Shown here piece by piece: positions 21,029 to 32,257 of a stretch of DNA of 64,000 nucleotides (position 1 is the stretch's first letter; each line of letters opens with the position of its first letter). The notes below the pieces were generated by a model. It was not told the origin of the DNA and did not search any database. It saw nothing but the letters and a program-made list of their open reading frames with translations. The translations under genes were made by a program, and so were the position numbers. The DNA comes from Gordius albopunctatus (taxonomy: Eukaryota): contig OZ193909.1 of assembly GCA_964276515.1 (NCBI GenBank), positions 7,688,001 to 7,752,000 of the forward strand. Direction: 5' to 3'.

Positions 21029-24000
21029 ATGGCGCAGGTCAAAATAGAAGAATTCTCCGACCTAATGGAAATAGAGGACTGGATAATGGTACTAGAAAGT
21101 GCCATGGATATCAAAGGAGTTACGCTTGCGAACAAAAAAAAATATCTCATCACATTCCTTGGACTTCCGAATTTGAAAAGGTTAAAATATAAAATTTACC
21201 CTAAAAAAATAGAGGATAGCACTTATGAAGAATTAAAAAAAGAATTACTTTTGTTATTTGGAAGTAAAAACTCGATTTTTTTTTATAGATTACAATTCTT
21301 AAGGGCTAGGAGGAAAAATGAGTCAGTTGAAGATTTCTCACAAAAATTAAAGTCCTTGGTTATCTTGTGTGAGTATAAGGAAGAAGATGAGATGTTAAGG
21401 GATGGGTTTTTGTTAGGGTTAAATAATAGTAGATTAGAAAATGAAATAAGAATAAGATTTCCTGATGGTAAAGATGGAAATGAAAAGTTAAAATTTAAAA
21501 CTGTATTTGAATTGGCACTTAGCTTTGAGAGAGCCTCAAATGAAGTGGTAGATAAAGATAGAGATATAATACATGAAGAAATTAATAAAATTACAAAAGT
21601 TCATGATAATAATAAAAACAACTATGCTGACCTAGTATGCTTTAATTGCAAAAAGAAAGGCCATTTAGCTAGATTTTGTTATTTTAATAAAAATAATAAT
21701 CATTATCAATTCAAAAAGTATAATAATAATATTAATTGTGTTAAGGTGTATAAAACTAATAAAGCATTGGTTAAAGTGGTATTAAATGATAAAAATTATA
21801 ATTTCGAGTTTGACACTGCAGCTCAGGCTACTGTCATAGATAAGCAGACTTGGATGGAAATTGGTAAACCTGAGTTAAGGAATTGCCCAAGTATATTGAG
21901 TTATGGGAACTTTAGGGTCAAAACTTTGGGCAAGTGTTTAGCAAAAGCTCAAATTAACAATAAATGGTTAGAAATTCCTTTGTTAGTAGTTAATGAAGGG
22001 GATTTAATATTGGGATTACCAGAAATTTTAGAATTTGGATTTGAATTACCTAAAAACATTGTAATTAGACAGCTTAAATTAGAAAATTTGATCGAGCAGT
22101 TTCCTAAAGTGTTTTCAGAGAAATTAGGTGAAGTTAACAATTTTATGGTAAATTTGCATTTAAAAACCCCCTATAAGCCTATAAGTTTGCCACCAAGAAG
22201 GGTACCTTTTCCGATGAGGGAGGCCATCGAATCTGAGATTAAAAGACTTTTGGAAGAGCAAGTAATAGAAAAAGTCGAACTTAACACTGAAATTCCATGG
22301 TGTACCCCTACTGTCAATCGATTTAAGAAAAACAAATCCATTAGAATATGCGGGGACTTTAAGGCCACGTTAAATGATTACCTATGCGATATTGGGGATA
22401 CCCTGCCTACCTTTGAGGATGTAACATCCAAGCTCCTCGGGGGCGATAAATTCACATGTATCGATTTGCGAGACGCTTTCTTACAATTAAGAATGTCTGA
22501 GCAAAGCGCAAAACTACTTACCATTTCTACACACGTAGGATTATTCCGTTATCGTAGGCTGCCATTCGGAATAAAGGTGGCTCCATTGATTTTTCAAAGG
22601 TATATCACTAATCTGTTAGCTGGAATTCCAAATACAGCGGTATTTATTGATGATATTATCATTACGGGACTTAATGATGAACAACATATTTCAAATATTA
22701 AAGAAGTATTAAAACGGTTTGGAGAGGTAGGAATTACCACAACACCAGACAAAATAAGATATCTGCAAGACTGGGTTGTTTATTTGGGCCACAAGATTAG
22801 TTCTAAAGGTATTCAACCTACGGAGGAAAAAATTTTAGCTTTAAGGAATTGTAAAAGACCCACAAATAAATCTGAACTTAAAGGATTTTTAGGACTATTA
22901 ACATATTTAGGCAAATTTATACCTATGTTACAACCACAATGTGTACCATTACACAACCTTTTAAAAAAAGAGGCCAAATGGGAATGGGGGAAAGAGGAAG
23001 AAGATTGTTTTGACAAATTGAAAAACTTAATATCTAGTGAAGATACCGTTGTTCCATATTCGTTACGGAAGCCGTTAGTTCTGTATACGGACGCTTGTGA
23101 AGCAGGATTGGGAGCGGTGTTAATGCACGTGGAGTCGGATGGACAAGAAAGGCCTATTGCCTATACATCAAGGGTTTTAAGTCAAGCAGAAAAGGGATAT
23201 TCCACTATTGACAAGGAAGCTCTGGGTATTATTTACGCTGTCAATAAATTTCACCAATACATTTATGGGAGAACATTCACATTAAAAACAGATCATCGAC
23301 CGTTACAATACATTTTTGGTCGAGAGGGACACCATTATAATTGCAACTTACGATTACAAAGATGGAATACTAAATTAATGGCTTATGACTTTAAAATTGA
23401 GTATATTTCTGGAAAGACTAATCAAATCGCAGATACATTATCTCGACTACCTACCTTTGCAGAGAGTAATGAAGACATCCATATAAACATGATTGAAGAT
23501 TTAAAGTTTTCCAGAAAAACGTTAGTGGAGGAAACAAGGAAAGATAGAAGGTTGAATGATGTTAGTGATTTGATTCGCTGTAATTGGAGCAAACCTATCA
23601 ACGATGCAACCATTCGAAGATCATTTTATCCGAAGAAAGATGAGTTATCTATTGAAAACGAATTAATATATTGGCAAAATCGGTTAATAGTTCCAGGAAA
23701 GTTGAACAGGGTAGTGTTAGAAAATTTACATACCGGACACCCGGGAATATCTGGAATGATTGATTTAGCAAAATTTTATTGTTGGTGGCCTAAAATCAAT
23801 GATGACATTGAAATTTTTGTCCAAAGATGTAAAGGTTGTCAAGAAAATCGATCTAATATGTTAGAATCTCCCTTATATCAATGGCCTACAACAGAAGAAC
23901 CAATGGATCGCGTCCACATTGATTTGGCAGGACCCATAAACGGCAAATATTGGTTGGTTTTAGTTGATGGTTATTCAAAATGGCCAGAAGTAAAAATCAT

Positions 24001-24727
24001 AAATTCCTTACACTCTACCGGAATTATCAAGGCGTTGCGCGAATGGTTTGCTCGATTGGGACTACCAAGAGTTTTAGTAAGCGATAACGGTAGTCAATTC
24101 TTGGGAGAGGAATTCGCAATATTTATAAAAGCTAATGGTATTAGACATATTCGGACATCTCCATATCACCCAAAATCTAACGGATTGTGTGAAAGATTTA
24201 TTCGGACACTAAAATCACGGTTTTACGCAGCCGCTAGGTATAATCAAGACGATGATAAACTTTTGGCTCAGGTACTCATGGCTTACAGATTGACACCTCA
24301 TAATACTACAAGTGTAGCTCCTTGTGAATTAATGTTTAAAAGAAGAATCCGATCTTCTTTTGACCAACTGCGACGTTCGATCAAGGAAACGACTATCGAT
24401 AATGTTTGGAAACAAAAGTACTATCATGATAGGAAGGTTTCCGACCGTAATTTTCAGGAAGGGGATAAAGTATGGGTAAAAAATGAAAAAGAAAAGGGTT
24501 GGCACGAGGGAATAATTGAACGCAAGAAGAATGATTGGTCCTACGATGTTTGGGCCGAAGGACGGATTAAGCGTAAACACACAGATCACTTACGGAAAGC
24601 CATAGACAACCTAAAGGAATCAATAGGGGCCGAGGAAGAGGAACCAATTGCAGGATTTAAACAAGACAATGTGCCGAGACCCCAACGACGTAGACAACCA
24701 CCAAAAAGATTCGACGATGAATATTAA
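21029..24727 (+). CDS. Gag-Pol polyprotein (Gag CCHC, protease, RT, RNase H, integrase)
   Basis: 1232-aa uninterrupted ORF: CFNCKKKGHLARFC; FDTAAQAT; ICGDFK..LPFGI..FIDD; TDAC..EAL..TDH; H..H..C..C; HIDLAGP, SDNG, NGLCERF. Domain order PR-RT-RH-IN is that of Ty3/Gypsy. Confidence 0.97.
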   Translation: MAQVKIEEFSDLMEIEDWIMVLESAMDIKGVTLANKKKYLITFLGLPNLKRLKYKIYPKKIEDSTYEELKKELLLLFGSKNSIFFYRLQFLRARRKNESVEDFSQKLKSLVILCEYKEEDEMLRDGFLLGLNNSRLENEIRIRFPDGKDGNEKLKFKTVFELALSFERASNEVVDKDRDIIHEEINKITKVHDNNKNNYADLVCFNCKKKGHLARFCYFNKNNNHYQFKKYNNNINCVKVYKTNKALVKVVLNDKNYNFEFDTAAQATVIDKQTWMEIGKPELRNCPSILSYGNFRVKTLGKCLAKAQINNKWLEIPLLVVNEGDLILGLPEILEFGFELPKNIVIRQLKLENLIEQFPKVFSEKLGEVNNFMVNLHLKTPYKPISLPPRRVPFPMREAIESEIKRLLEEQVIEKVELNTEIPWCTPTVNRFKKNKSIRICGDFKATLNDYLCDIGDTLPTFEDVTSKLLGGDKFTCIDLRDAFLQLRMSEQSAKLLTISTHVGLFRYRRLPFGIKVAPLIFQRYITNLLAGIPNTAVFIDDIIITGLNDEQHISNIKEVLKRFGEVGITTTPDKIRYLQDWVVYLGHKISSKGIQPTEEKILALRNCKRPTNKSELKGFLGLLTYLGKFIPMLQPQCVPLHNLLKKEAKWEWGKEEEDCFDKLKNLISSEDTVVPYSLRKPLVLYTDACEAGLGAVLMHVESDGQERPIAYTSRVLSQAEKGYSTIDKEALGIIYAVNKFHQYIYGRTFTLKTDHRPLQYIFGREGHHYNCNLRLQRWNTKLMAYDFKIEYISGKTNQIADTLSRLPTFAESNEDIHINMIEDLKFSRKTLVEETRKDRRLNDVSDLIRCNWSKPINDATIRRSFYPKKDELSIENELIYWQNRLIVPGKLNRVVLENLHTGHPGISGMIDLAKFYCWWPKINDDIEIFVQRCKGCQENRSNMLESPLYQWPTTEEPMDRVHIDLAGPINGKYWLVLVDGYSKWPEVKIINSLHSTGIIKALREWFARLGLPRVLVSDNGSQFLGEEFAIFIKANGIRHIRTSPYHPKSNGLCERFIRTLKSRFYAAARYNQDDDKLLAQVLMAYRLTPHNTTSVAPCELMFKRRIRSSFDQLRRSIKETTIDNVWKQKYYHDRKVSDRNFQEGDKVWVKNEKEKGWHEGIIERKKNDWSYDVWAEGRIKRKHTDHLRKAIDNLKESIGAEEEEPIAGFKQDNVPRPQRRRQPPKRFDDEY

Positions 24728-24743
24728 TCTTATGGGGGAGTAT

Positions 24744-24843
24744 TGTAATATAGTGTTATTGATGAATTGATGATATTGTATTCCTAGTGTATATATATAT
24801 ATATAGTTGTTGTGATTTACATGTGTTATCAATAAATACTATA
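24744..24843 (+). repeat. 3' LTR
   Basis: Identical to the 5' LTR; followed by TSD CCGAC. Confidence 0.95.
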
Positions 24844-26233
24844 CCGACCCTAGCCGAGAATTTAGTTATAAACTGGAGCAAGTCGGGTTCGGGTTAAAGA
24901 ATTTGAATAAATTTCACCTCTAAATGTATGGATATAAGAATAATTTTAAATGGGAATTATATCCGCTGTAATGCATGACAAGAGACGCCAATATAATTGA
25001 AAACCAAAGTTTTGAGACCGCTGTTACTCTATGGAAATAAAGCATGGCCATTTAAGGCTACGGAAAAATCTTATTTCAGGAAACAATAATGATCTAAGGA
25101 TGATTATATAACGAACATATAAGAAAAATTTGAAGCCAAAAATCCGCCATCTTGAACTAAGTAAAAAGGTAAATTGGGTAAATTATTTACATGCCATATT
25201 TTTCATTTTATGTTTTCTAAGCTTAAATTATTATATATATTTTTAGCCTTATATATTTGTCTTTTTCTTTTGTTAATTATTGTTATGTTTTTTATATTTA
25301 CTTCTTGCTTACCTATTAATAAAATTATATATATATACTAGCTGACCCGGCAAACGTTGTTTTGCCATATTAAAATTATTTTTAAAAAGTAAAAAATTTA
25401 AATAAGAAAATTTAAAACTACCAAAAAAAAATTTAAAAACTCAACTAATAAAACTGGCAACAAATTTAATTAGCTGACATTATTATCACATGGCCATAGA
25501 AGCATGTAATTTATTTCGGGACACGACCTTGCATAAATGTAATAACAATGAACATTATAAGAACGTATTATAGAAAAAAATACAAATGTCACACGTATGG
25601 GGGCGATGTGGGATCCATTTTTCTGGCCAAGCGTTGCTTTGGCTTAGTCCCTAATTAGCTAAATAACAATGTAGAAAAAATTTTTGAGTAAGGCGTTTAT
25701 AGTACGATGATGGTAGAATAATAGAGTTACCCATTTAGGCTGTGTCGCAATAGCAGCTCGTAAGTTAGCTGTATCCGGCCAAGCGTTGCTTTGGCTTAGG
25801 CCCTAATTAGCTAAATAACAATGTTGAAAAAATTTTAGAGTAAGGCGTTTATAGTACGATGATGGTAGAATAATAGAGTTACCCATTTAGGCTGTGTCGG
25901 CGGTGTTAGCAATTGCATCTCGAAGTGGATGTATTCTTCTCCATGCAGTTTGTGTTGATTGTATTCAAGCGGTGTAAAGTTATCATCTGGGATGAATGTA
26001 CTATGGCACACAAACATTCCCTTGAGGCATTGGACAGGACAGTTGGCAAAGCTCACGACATCGTAGTATGACGTTGTCTTGACCTCGTCATCAAACGAAA
26101 TGCATAAACATCCTTCGAGATAACCTTCTTGTTTGTGTCGGCTCCTGTAATAATGTGTATTCCAATTAATTGAAAATTAGTAATTGTGTTTTTAATAATG
26201 AATAAAGTACCTGTTAGGAGATCTCGTTTTTCA

Positions 26234-29200
26234 TCAACAATCTCTAAGTGCGATGGAGTATACAATATTTTTGGTTAGTCCATCTTTAGCCAAGACAAAC
26301 AAACGGGATGGTTTACCCACGCGAGAACATGCCACGTATAGCTGTCCGTGGGAAAAGCAAGATGTGCCCAAATCTAAGCCACAAATAGACATCGTTTGAC
26401 CTTGAGCCTTATTGATTGTCATTGCGAATGCCAATCTTATTGGAAATTGAAAACGTTTGAATTCAATTGGCACATCTGAGGGAATCATAGGGATTCGTGG
26501 TAGCAATACATTTTCACCTCGGAACTTTCCATTCAAAATGGTGACTTCGAGAAGATTCTTCATGCATTTTTTAATGACTAATCTTGTGCCATTGCACAGC
26601 CGTGGTGGGTTTAAATTGCGAAGCAAAATTATCGGAGAGCCAACCTTCAATTGTAAAAGGTGCGGAGGCATGCCTGACAAATCCAATGAATTCAAAAACT
26701 CTATTGGATAATTTACAGCTTCGTTAGCATCGCAAACTGTATCGATAGATTTGTATGACACCAAGTCACCTGGCAACAACTGTTGTATCTTGGAATTTAA
26801 ATTATTGACATCTACATTCTTTGCTGACAATATTGCTCTTTCGGACATCCAGGCAAGATTTTTGTACTGTGTATGTAGATCTGGAAATATGTGGTCGATG
26901 AGAGCATTTTGCGTGTCGACGATTGTGCAAAAATCCGTCGGTAATTTTATGCATCCAGTATTTTCATACAAAGTTACTTTTCCATCACCAATATCTAAAA
27001 GTTGTTTTGAGAATGTTTTAGCGGATGGATCTTTAAGCATACGAACGCGCATGTTTAATGTCAGTTCCAACTTTTCAACATTACGCCACAATGACGATGA
27101 TTTCAAACACGCGTTGATCTCATCAGCGTAGGTTGAACGTGGAATGACGGGAAGTGTTTGTCTGAAATCATCTGAAAGGAGTAGCAGAGTGCCTCCAAAT
27201 AGTTTGTCATTGTTTTTTATATCTTTCAATGTCCTGTCCAATGCCTCAAGGGAATGTTTGTGCGCCATAGTACATTCATCCCAGATGATAACTTTACACC
27301 GTTTAAGTACTGTGGCCATAGACGACTGTTTTTTTATGTTGCAGACTGCCTCTGGGTTATTTTGGATATTTAGTGGCAGCTTAAATGCAGAATGAGCTGT
27401 TCTGCCTCCATCTAATAAAGTAGCTGCAATGCCAGATGATGCAACTGCCAATGCGATGCCATTTTTTGATCGTATCTCGGCAAGAATTATCGAAATGAGA
27501 AATGTTTTGCCAGTTCCACCTGGTGCATCCAGAAAAAAGAAACCACTTTGTCCTGCCGAAACTGCCAGCATAATTCGGTCGTAAATAGTTTTTTGTTCAT
27601 CATTTAGTAGTGGGAGATTGCGAGTAACAAATGCTGCCATTTCTACAGTATTGTATTGCAGTTCAAGACTCATATCAGTGTTGAGGAAATCAGATGCACT
27701 TCGATTAGGTGAACTCATACCAAAATGACTAATTTTTAAATTGGCAATGGCAATGCAAAGATCCTCAATAGCTATCAACGCTTCATTGTACATAGCGTCG
27801 CTGAATAATATCGATAGATCGTTGCACCTTGCTCGATATCGATGTAATATATCCTCAACCATTGAATCTTTGTGCTTATCCCACAACGTTTGTGCTCGGG
27901 CAGGAAAACATGTAGTCAACACCATAGCGAATAGGAGACGAATTTGTGTTGATGTTGAGTTTAATGCTGCTTCAGTAAGCAAACTGTCCCAATGGTTGTC
28001 ATCTTCTAGCAAGCCTAGTGCAAGGCATGCATCTTTATAAGTTGGATACTGATGTCCATTTACCGTACGTATATCGTGAAATGACAAAGGGCCGGTGACA
28101 TTTACCAACAACAATCGCAGATAAAAGCACTCAGTTTGCCTGGGATTCACTGTATATACACGACCCAAAACGTTTGATTTGAATAAACCAGGACATGTAT
28201 TAACTGGTGTGCCTTGCTTGCGTGGAATCCATTTTTTTGATTGAGTCCACGTAAAATAGCGGGGTACTTCTGAATAGAGTAATGGTCGCACAAAGGCACC
28301 AAAATCATTGGGACGATTACACAATTCAAAAAAAGCGGTGAGTGTAGTATTTGGTGGATTAAGAGCACGATCAAGCGCGGTCTCGTGCGTGAAAAAAACA
28401 CGCTGGCCGTTTTCTAGATGGACAGCTAAATGGATAACTGCTGGATCCCGTTCATGAAGAGGGAAACCAAAGATCCGCCAAACAGCTTCATTGGAGCTTA
28501 TGTACCGTCCAATTTGGTAGTTAGTTATTTCATCATTGTTATTCAAAGGAAGAGCATTCACATTGGTATTATCAATTCTAAATACAGCCATATCACTTCC
28601 TTTATTCACATACTTGCATATATATTTGATGCTCTTCACCGAACTGCAGAACTCAACATTAATATGAGCATTGAATGTTTTGCATAAAAAAGGTGAATAT
28701 GGTACAACCCAACGATTGTCAATGTCAATGGCTACGTTATTGATAGTTTTAGTAAATATTTGTCCCCCATTATCGGTACTTCTTCGACGATATATAGGAT
28801 AACCGTCGACATGTGTGACCGTATCATGTTGGAAATTTTTAGGAAAACACTTTGTACACTTTCCATCTGACATGCAAGGCGATGAACGATTCAAATATCC
28901 ACATGGACCATGAATCATGTTTGTAGTAACAATATCAAACAATAATTGATCAGTAGACGGATTAGGAATTTCTGCAGAAATTAAACTATCAATGTCTTCA
29001 GGACGTATTTTGTCGACGAACCAAATCAAAATGTGAGCATGAGGTAATCCTCGCTTTTGCCACTCAACCGAATACATCCAGCAACGTGCATGACCAAATA
29101 TATGTAATTTTGTAATGAAATTAATTAAAGACTTTAATTTTTGTTTAAACACCCGTGCCGTAATGTCATGACGATTCATGGCATTTTGTCCTGGTAATAA

Positions 29201-30919
29201 CAATGATGTAATCTCCTGCCATTTTGGATTACATGTAAACGTGATAAAAAAAAACACGAGCGTCCGTATTCGCGTACGTAAACCATAGCATCCTGTATGT
29301 ATTCTTGCATGTGACGTGGACTCCCTACGTACGATGACGGTAGAATAATAGAGTTACCAATGTCAGCAGTGTCGGCGTTGTTCGCGATAGCGTCTCGTAA
29401 ATGAATGTATTCTTCCGCACGCAGTTTCTGTTGGTTAAATCTTAAATATCGTAGACGTTCGCTCTCTATCTTCACATACATGTCGACCATGAATTGTTGG
29501 CAAAGCTCACGACATCGTAGTATGACGTTGTCTTGACCGCGTCTAATCATCAAACGATATGCATAAAAATCCTTCGAGCTAACCTTCTTGTTTGTGTCGG
29601 CTCCTGTAATAATGTGCATCAATTAATTGAAAATGAGTAGGGGAGACAAAAATTTGCTAACATAGAATTTATAAGTCTAAACAATTTTTATGAAAAGATT
29701 TATTTGAAATAATTTAATCATTTTGTCTATCACTGCCCCGTCTCCCCTAAGCATGTTTTTAATAAAGAATAAAATACCTGTTAGGGGATCTCGTTGTTTA
29801 ATGTTTATGCAATAACCATCTTGTCCTTTCCAAAAAATTATCGGATATTGGAGAGCGTCATATGAGCGGTGGGTATCAGCAATGAACTGAAGATTGTTAT
29901 CTCTTCTTCGAATCACGATTTGGCGCGATGCCGTACGGTCCCCAACCATGATTCCGGCAACGTCGTCAACTACAGGTGCATTGAATCTACGAATGTGCTC
30001 TCCAACTGGTGTTTTATCAGGATCGATGACAATAGCGTAATTGTCACTTAGTAATTTGGGCATGTGGGATTTAAATAATTTTAATAATTCATTGTGCTCA
30101 TTCAACAGAGCGTCCAGTTCGCTGACGATACGCCTGGCAAAAGGTGAATCGAGGTTGTTATGGCCACAACGTGCATCCACGCGATTAGCGAGTGCGCTTT
30201 TGGAGTCGTCACCACCCATAAAGTAAATTTGTAAAAATTTATAAGATTCTTTTGGCATCGGCAGCAAGGAACCCACTTTGTGAAAAACCTGGCCTTTTAT
30301 TTTAAACGTTGAATTAAATTGTTGACCGTTTGCAGCATTGTTTTGAACTATTTCTGTTGCTCCGAAAGATGTCATTTGGAAGCATGAATTGAATGTCCGA
30401 ATTGACTTCAGGAACAGGTTAGAATCAGGATCCGTACCGATAAGTAAACCGTGCAATGGTTCAGGTGGTGTTTCAATCTCCGTTAGTCGAACTTTTCCTG
30501 ATGCGCAACACATCCCGGCCGACTCATTTTTATATTTAAGTGCAAGACAATGAGGACAAACCTTGTCCATAGGACCAATGACCACTTTGGAATGGGCGTA
30601 ATATTCAACATCTGGCTCATAGTGGAATGCTAGTCGAAGGAATGAAGCCAATTTAAATGCTCGATGTACTTGTAGGCGTTGTAGGTTATTTTCTCTACGT
30701 GTGTGGAGTAAAAATCGGCAAGATTGCTTTTCTAATCGTCTTTGTTGATTTCGTTCATCTCGGGCCTCTTGCGATTGTGATTCACGTATTTGGGCCATCC
30801 TTACACGCATATCTGCATTGTTTTGTAGGATTTGTTCATCAGTTCTTTGTGCTCTTTTTTTTCATGGCTGCATTTTGTTTCGTTTGACGACCCAAATAGT
30901 TCCTTTTGCGTTTAGCCAT
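26234..30919 (-). CDS. Helitron Rep/PIF1-like helicase (one intron 29777-29604; two homopolymer frameshifts)
   Basis: ATG 30919 (MAKRKR). Rep motifs FITFTCNPKW, EWQKRGLPHAHIL, YICKYVNKG. Helicase motifs APGGTGKT, IIWDECTM, FAMTINKAQGQT, HGQLYVACSRV. Frame breaks at T run 30855-30862 and A run 29246-29254. Confidence 0.9.
29640..29747. mobile_element. 108-bp MITE with TA target duplication in the Helitron intron
   Basis: TA|GGGGAGAC ... GTCTCCCC|TA. An empty-site version of the same intron is present at about 26165-26210. Confidence 0.75.
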
Positions 30920-30977
30920 TGTTGCCTATAAATAGGGTATTTGAAAAATTAAGTAGAAAGCTGAACATAATGAAGAA

Positions 30978-32010
30978 ATAGAAATCTTAACATAAAACTT
31001 AGCATTTAATTAAGATAACATACCTGAGCAATTATAAAATGTAATATTAAATTAATATTTTGTCCTCTCTGGGGATTGAACTTGAACCTACAATTAACAT
31101 AAAACTTAACATTTAATTAAGATAACATACCTGAGCAATTATCAAATGTAATATTAAATTAATATTTTGTCCTCTCCGGGGATTGAATGAACCTACAATT
31201 AACATAAAACTTAACATTTAATTAAGATAACATACCTGACCAATTATCAAATGTAATATTGTGGCAGTGAATAAAGATGATGAAATAGAAATCTTAACAT
31301 AAAACTTAACATTTAATTAAGATAACATACCTGAGCAATTATCAAATGTAATATTGTGGCAGTGAATAAAGATGATGAAATAGAAATCTTAACATAAAAC
31401 TTAACATTTAATTAAGATAACATACCTGAGCAAATATCAAATGTAATATTGTGGCAGTGAATAAAGATGATCAATTATCATTAAATTAATATTTTGTCCT
31501 CTCCGGGGATTGAACTTGAACTGAGCAAATATCAAATGTAATATTGTGGCAGTGAATAAAGATGATCAATTATCATTAAATTAATATTTTGTCCTCTCCG
31601 GGGATTGAATGAACCTACAATTAACATAAAACTTAACATTTAATTAAGATAACATACCTGAGCAATTATCAAATGTAATATTGTGGCAGTGAATAAAGAA
31701 GATGAAATAGAAATTTTAGCATAAAACTTAACATTTAATTAAGATAACATACCTGAGCAATTATCAAATGTAATATTGTGGCAGTGAATAAAGAAGATGA
31801 AATAGAAATCTTAACATAAAACTTAACATTTAATTAAGATAACATACCTGAGAAATTATCAAATGTCTTAACATAAAACTTAACATTTAATTAAGATAAC
31901 ATACCTGAGCAATTATCAAATGTAATATTGTGGCAGTGAATAAAGATGATCAAATAGAAATCTTAACATAAAACTTAACATTTAATTAAGTTAACATACC
32001 TGATCAATTA
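30978..32010. repeat. Complex tandem repeat (about 95-bp core) in the Helitron 5' region
   Basis: Repeated AACATAAAACTTAACATTTAATTAAGATAACATACCTGAGCAATTATCAAATGTAATATT, interleaved with TTTGTCCTCTCCGGGGATTGAA modules. Confidence 0.9.
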
Positions 32011-32257
32011 TAATTCACAACACGATAGATACGCAGTATACGTCATGAGGTGGCGTTTGAGTGACATTTTAGTAAACGTCAAAACGTATAAAACTAAATA
32101 ACTTGACCATCTTAAGACTTAGAAATTTGGAATATAATGTAAAACCTATCCTCAGACCTACCAATCATTCGCAGAAAGTTTCATCTAAATCGGTCCAGTC
32201 GTTTCGAAGGAGTCTAAGAACAAACACCGTTTCACGAGAATTTTATAGATATAGATA

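Larger units (their letters stand above)
20928..24843 (+). mobile_element. Full-length Ty3/Gypsy LTR retrotransposon (Mag-like), 3916 bp
   Basis: Identical 100-bp LTRs at 20928-21027 and 24744-24843. 5-bp TSD CCGAC. PBS TGGCGCAG at 21030. Short PPT GGGGGAG at 24734-24740. Single gag-pol ORF. Confidence 0.97.
25338..32255 (-). mobile_element. Full-length Helitron (Helitron 2), about 6.9 kb
   Basis: 5' A|TCTATATCTATAAAA at 32255. 3' GGCAAAACAACGTTTGCC hairpin plus CTAG|T at 25338. Complete Rep-helicase coding region. Confidence 0.93.

Noticed and set aside
21949..24832. Antisense ORFs within the Gypsy element, and plus-strand ORFs within the Helitron gene at 26457-30887
   Set aside because: Shadow frames of long real ORFs, with no recognisable motifs.
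30978..32010. CRISPR-like repeat-spacer array
   Set aside because: Eukaryotic context, the intervening segments are themselves repeated rather than unique spacers, and there are no cas genes.
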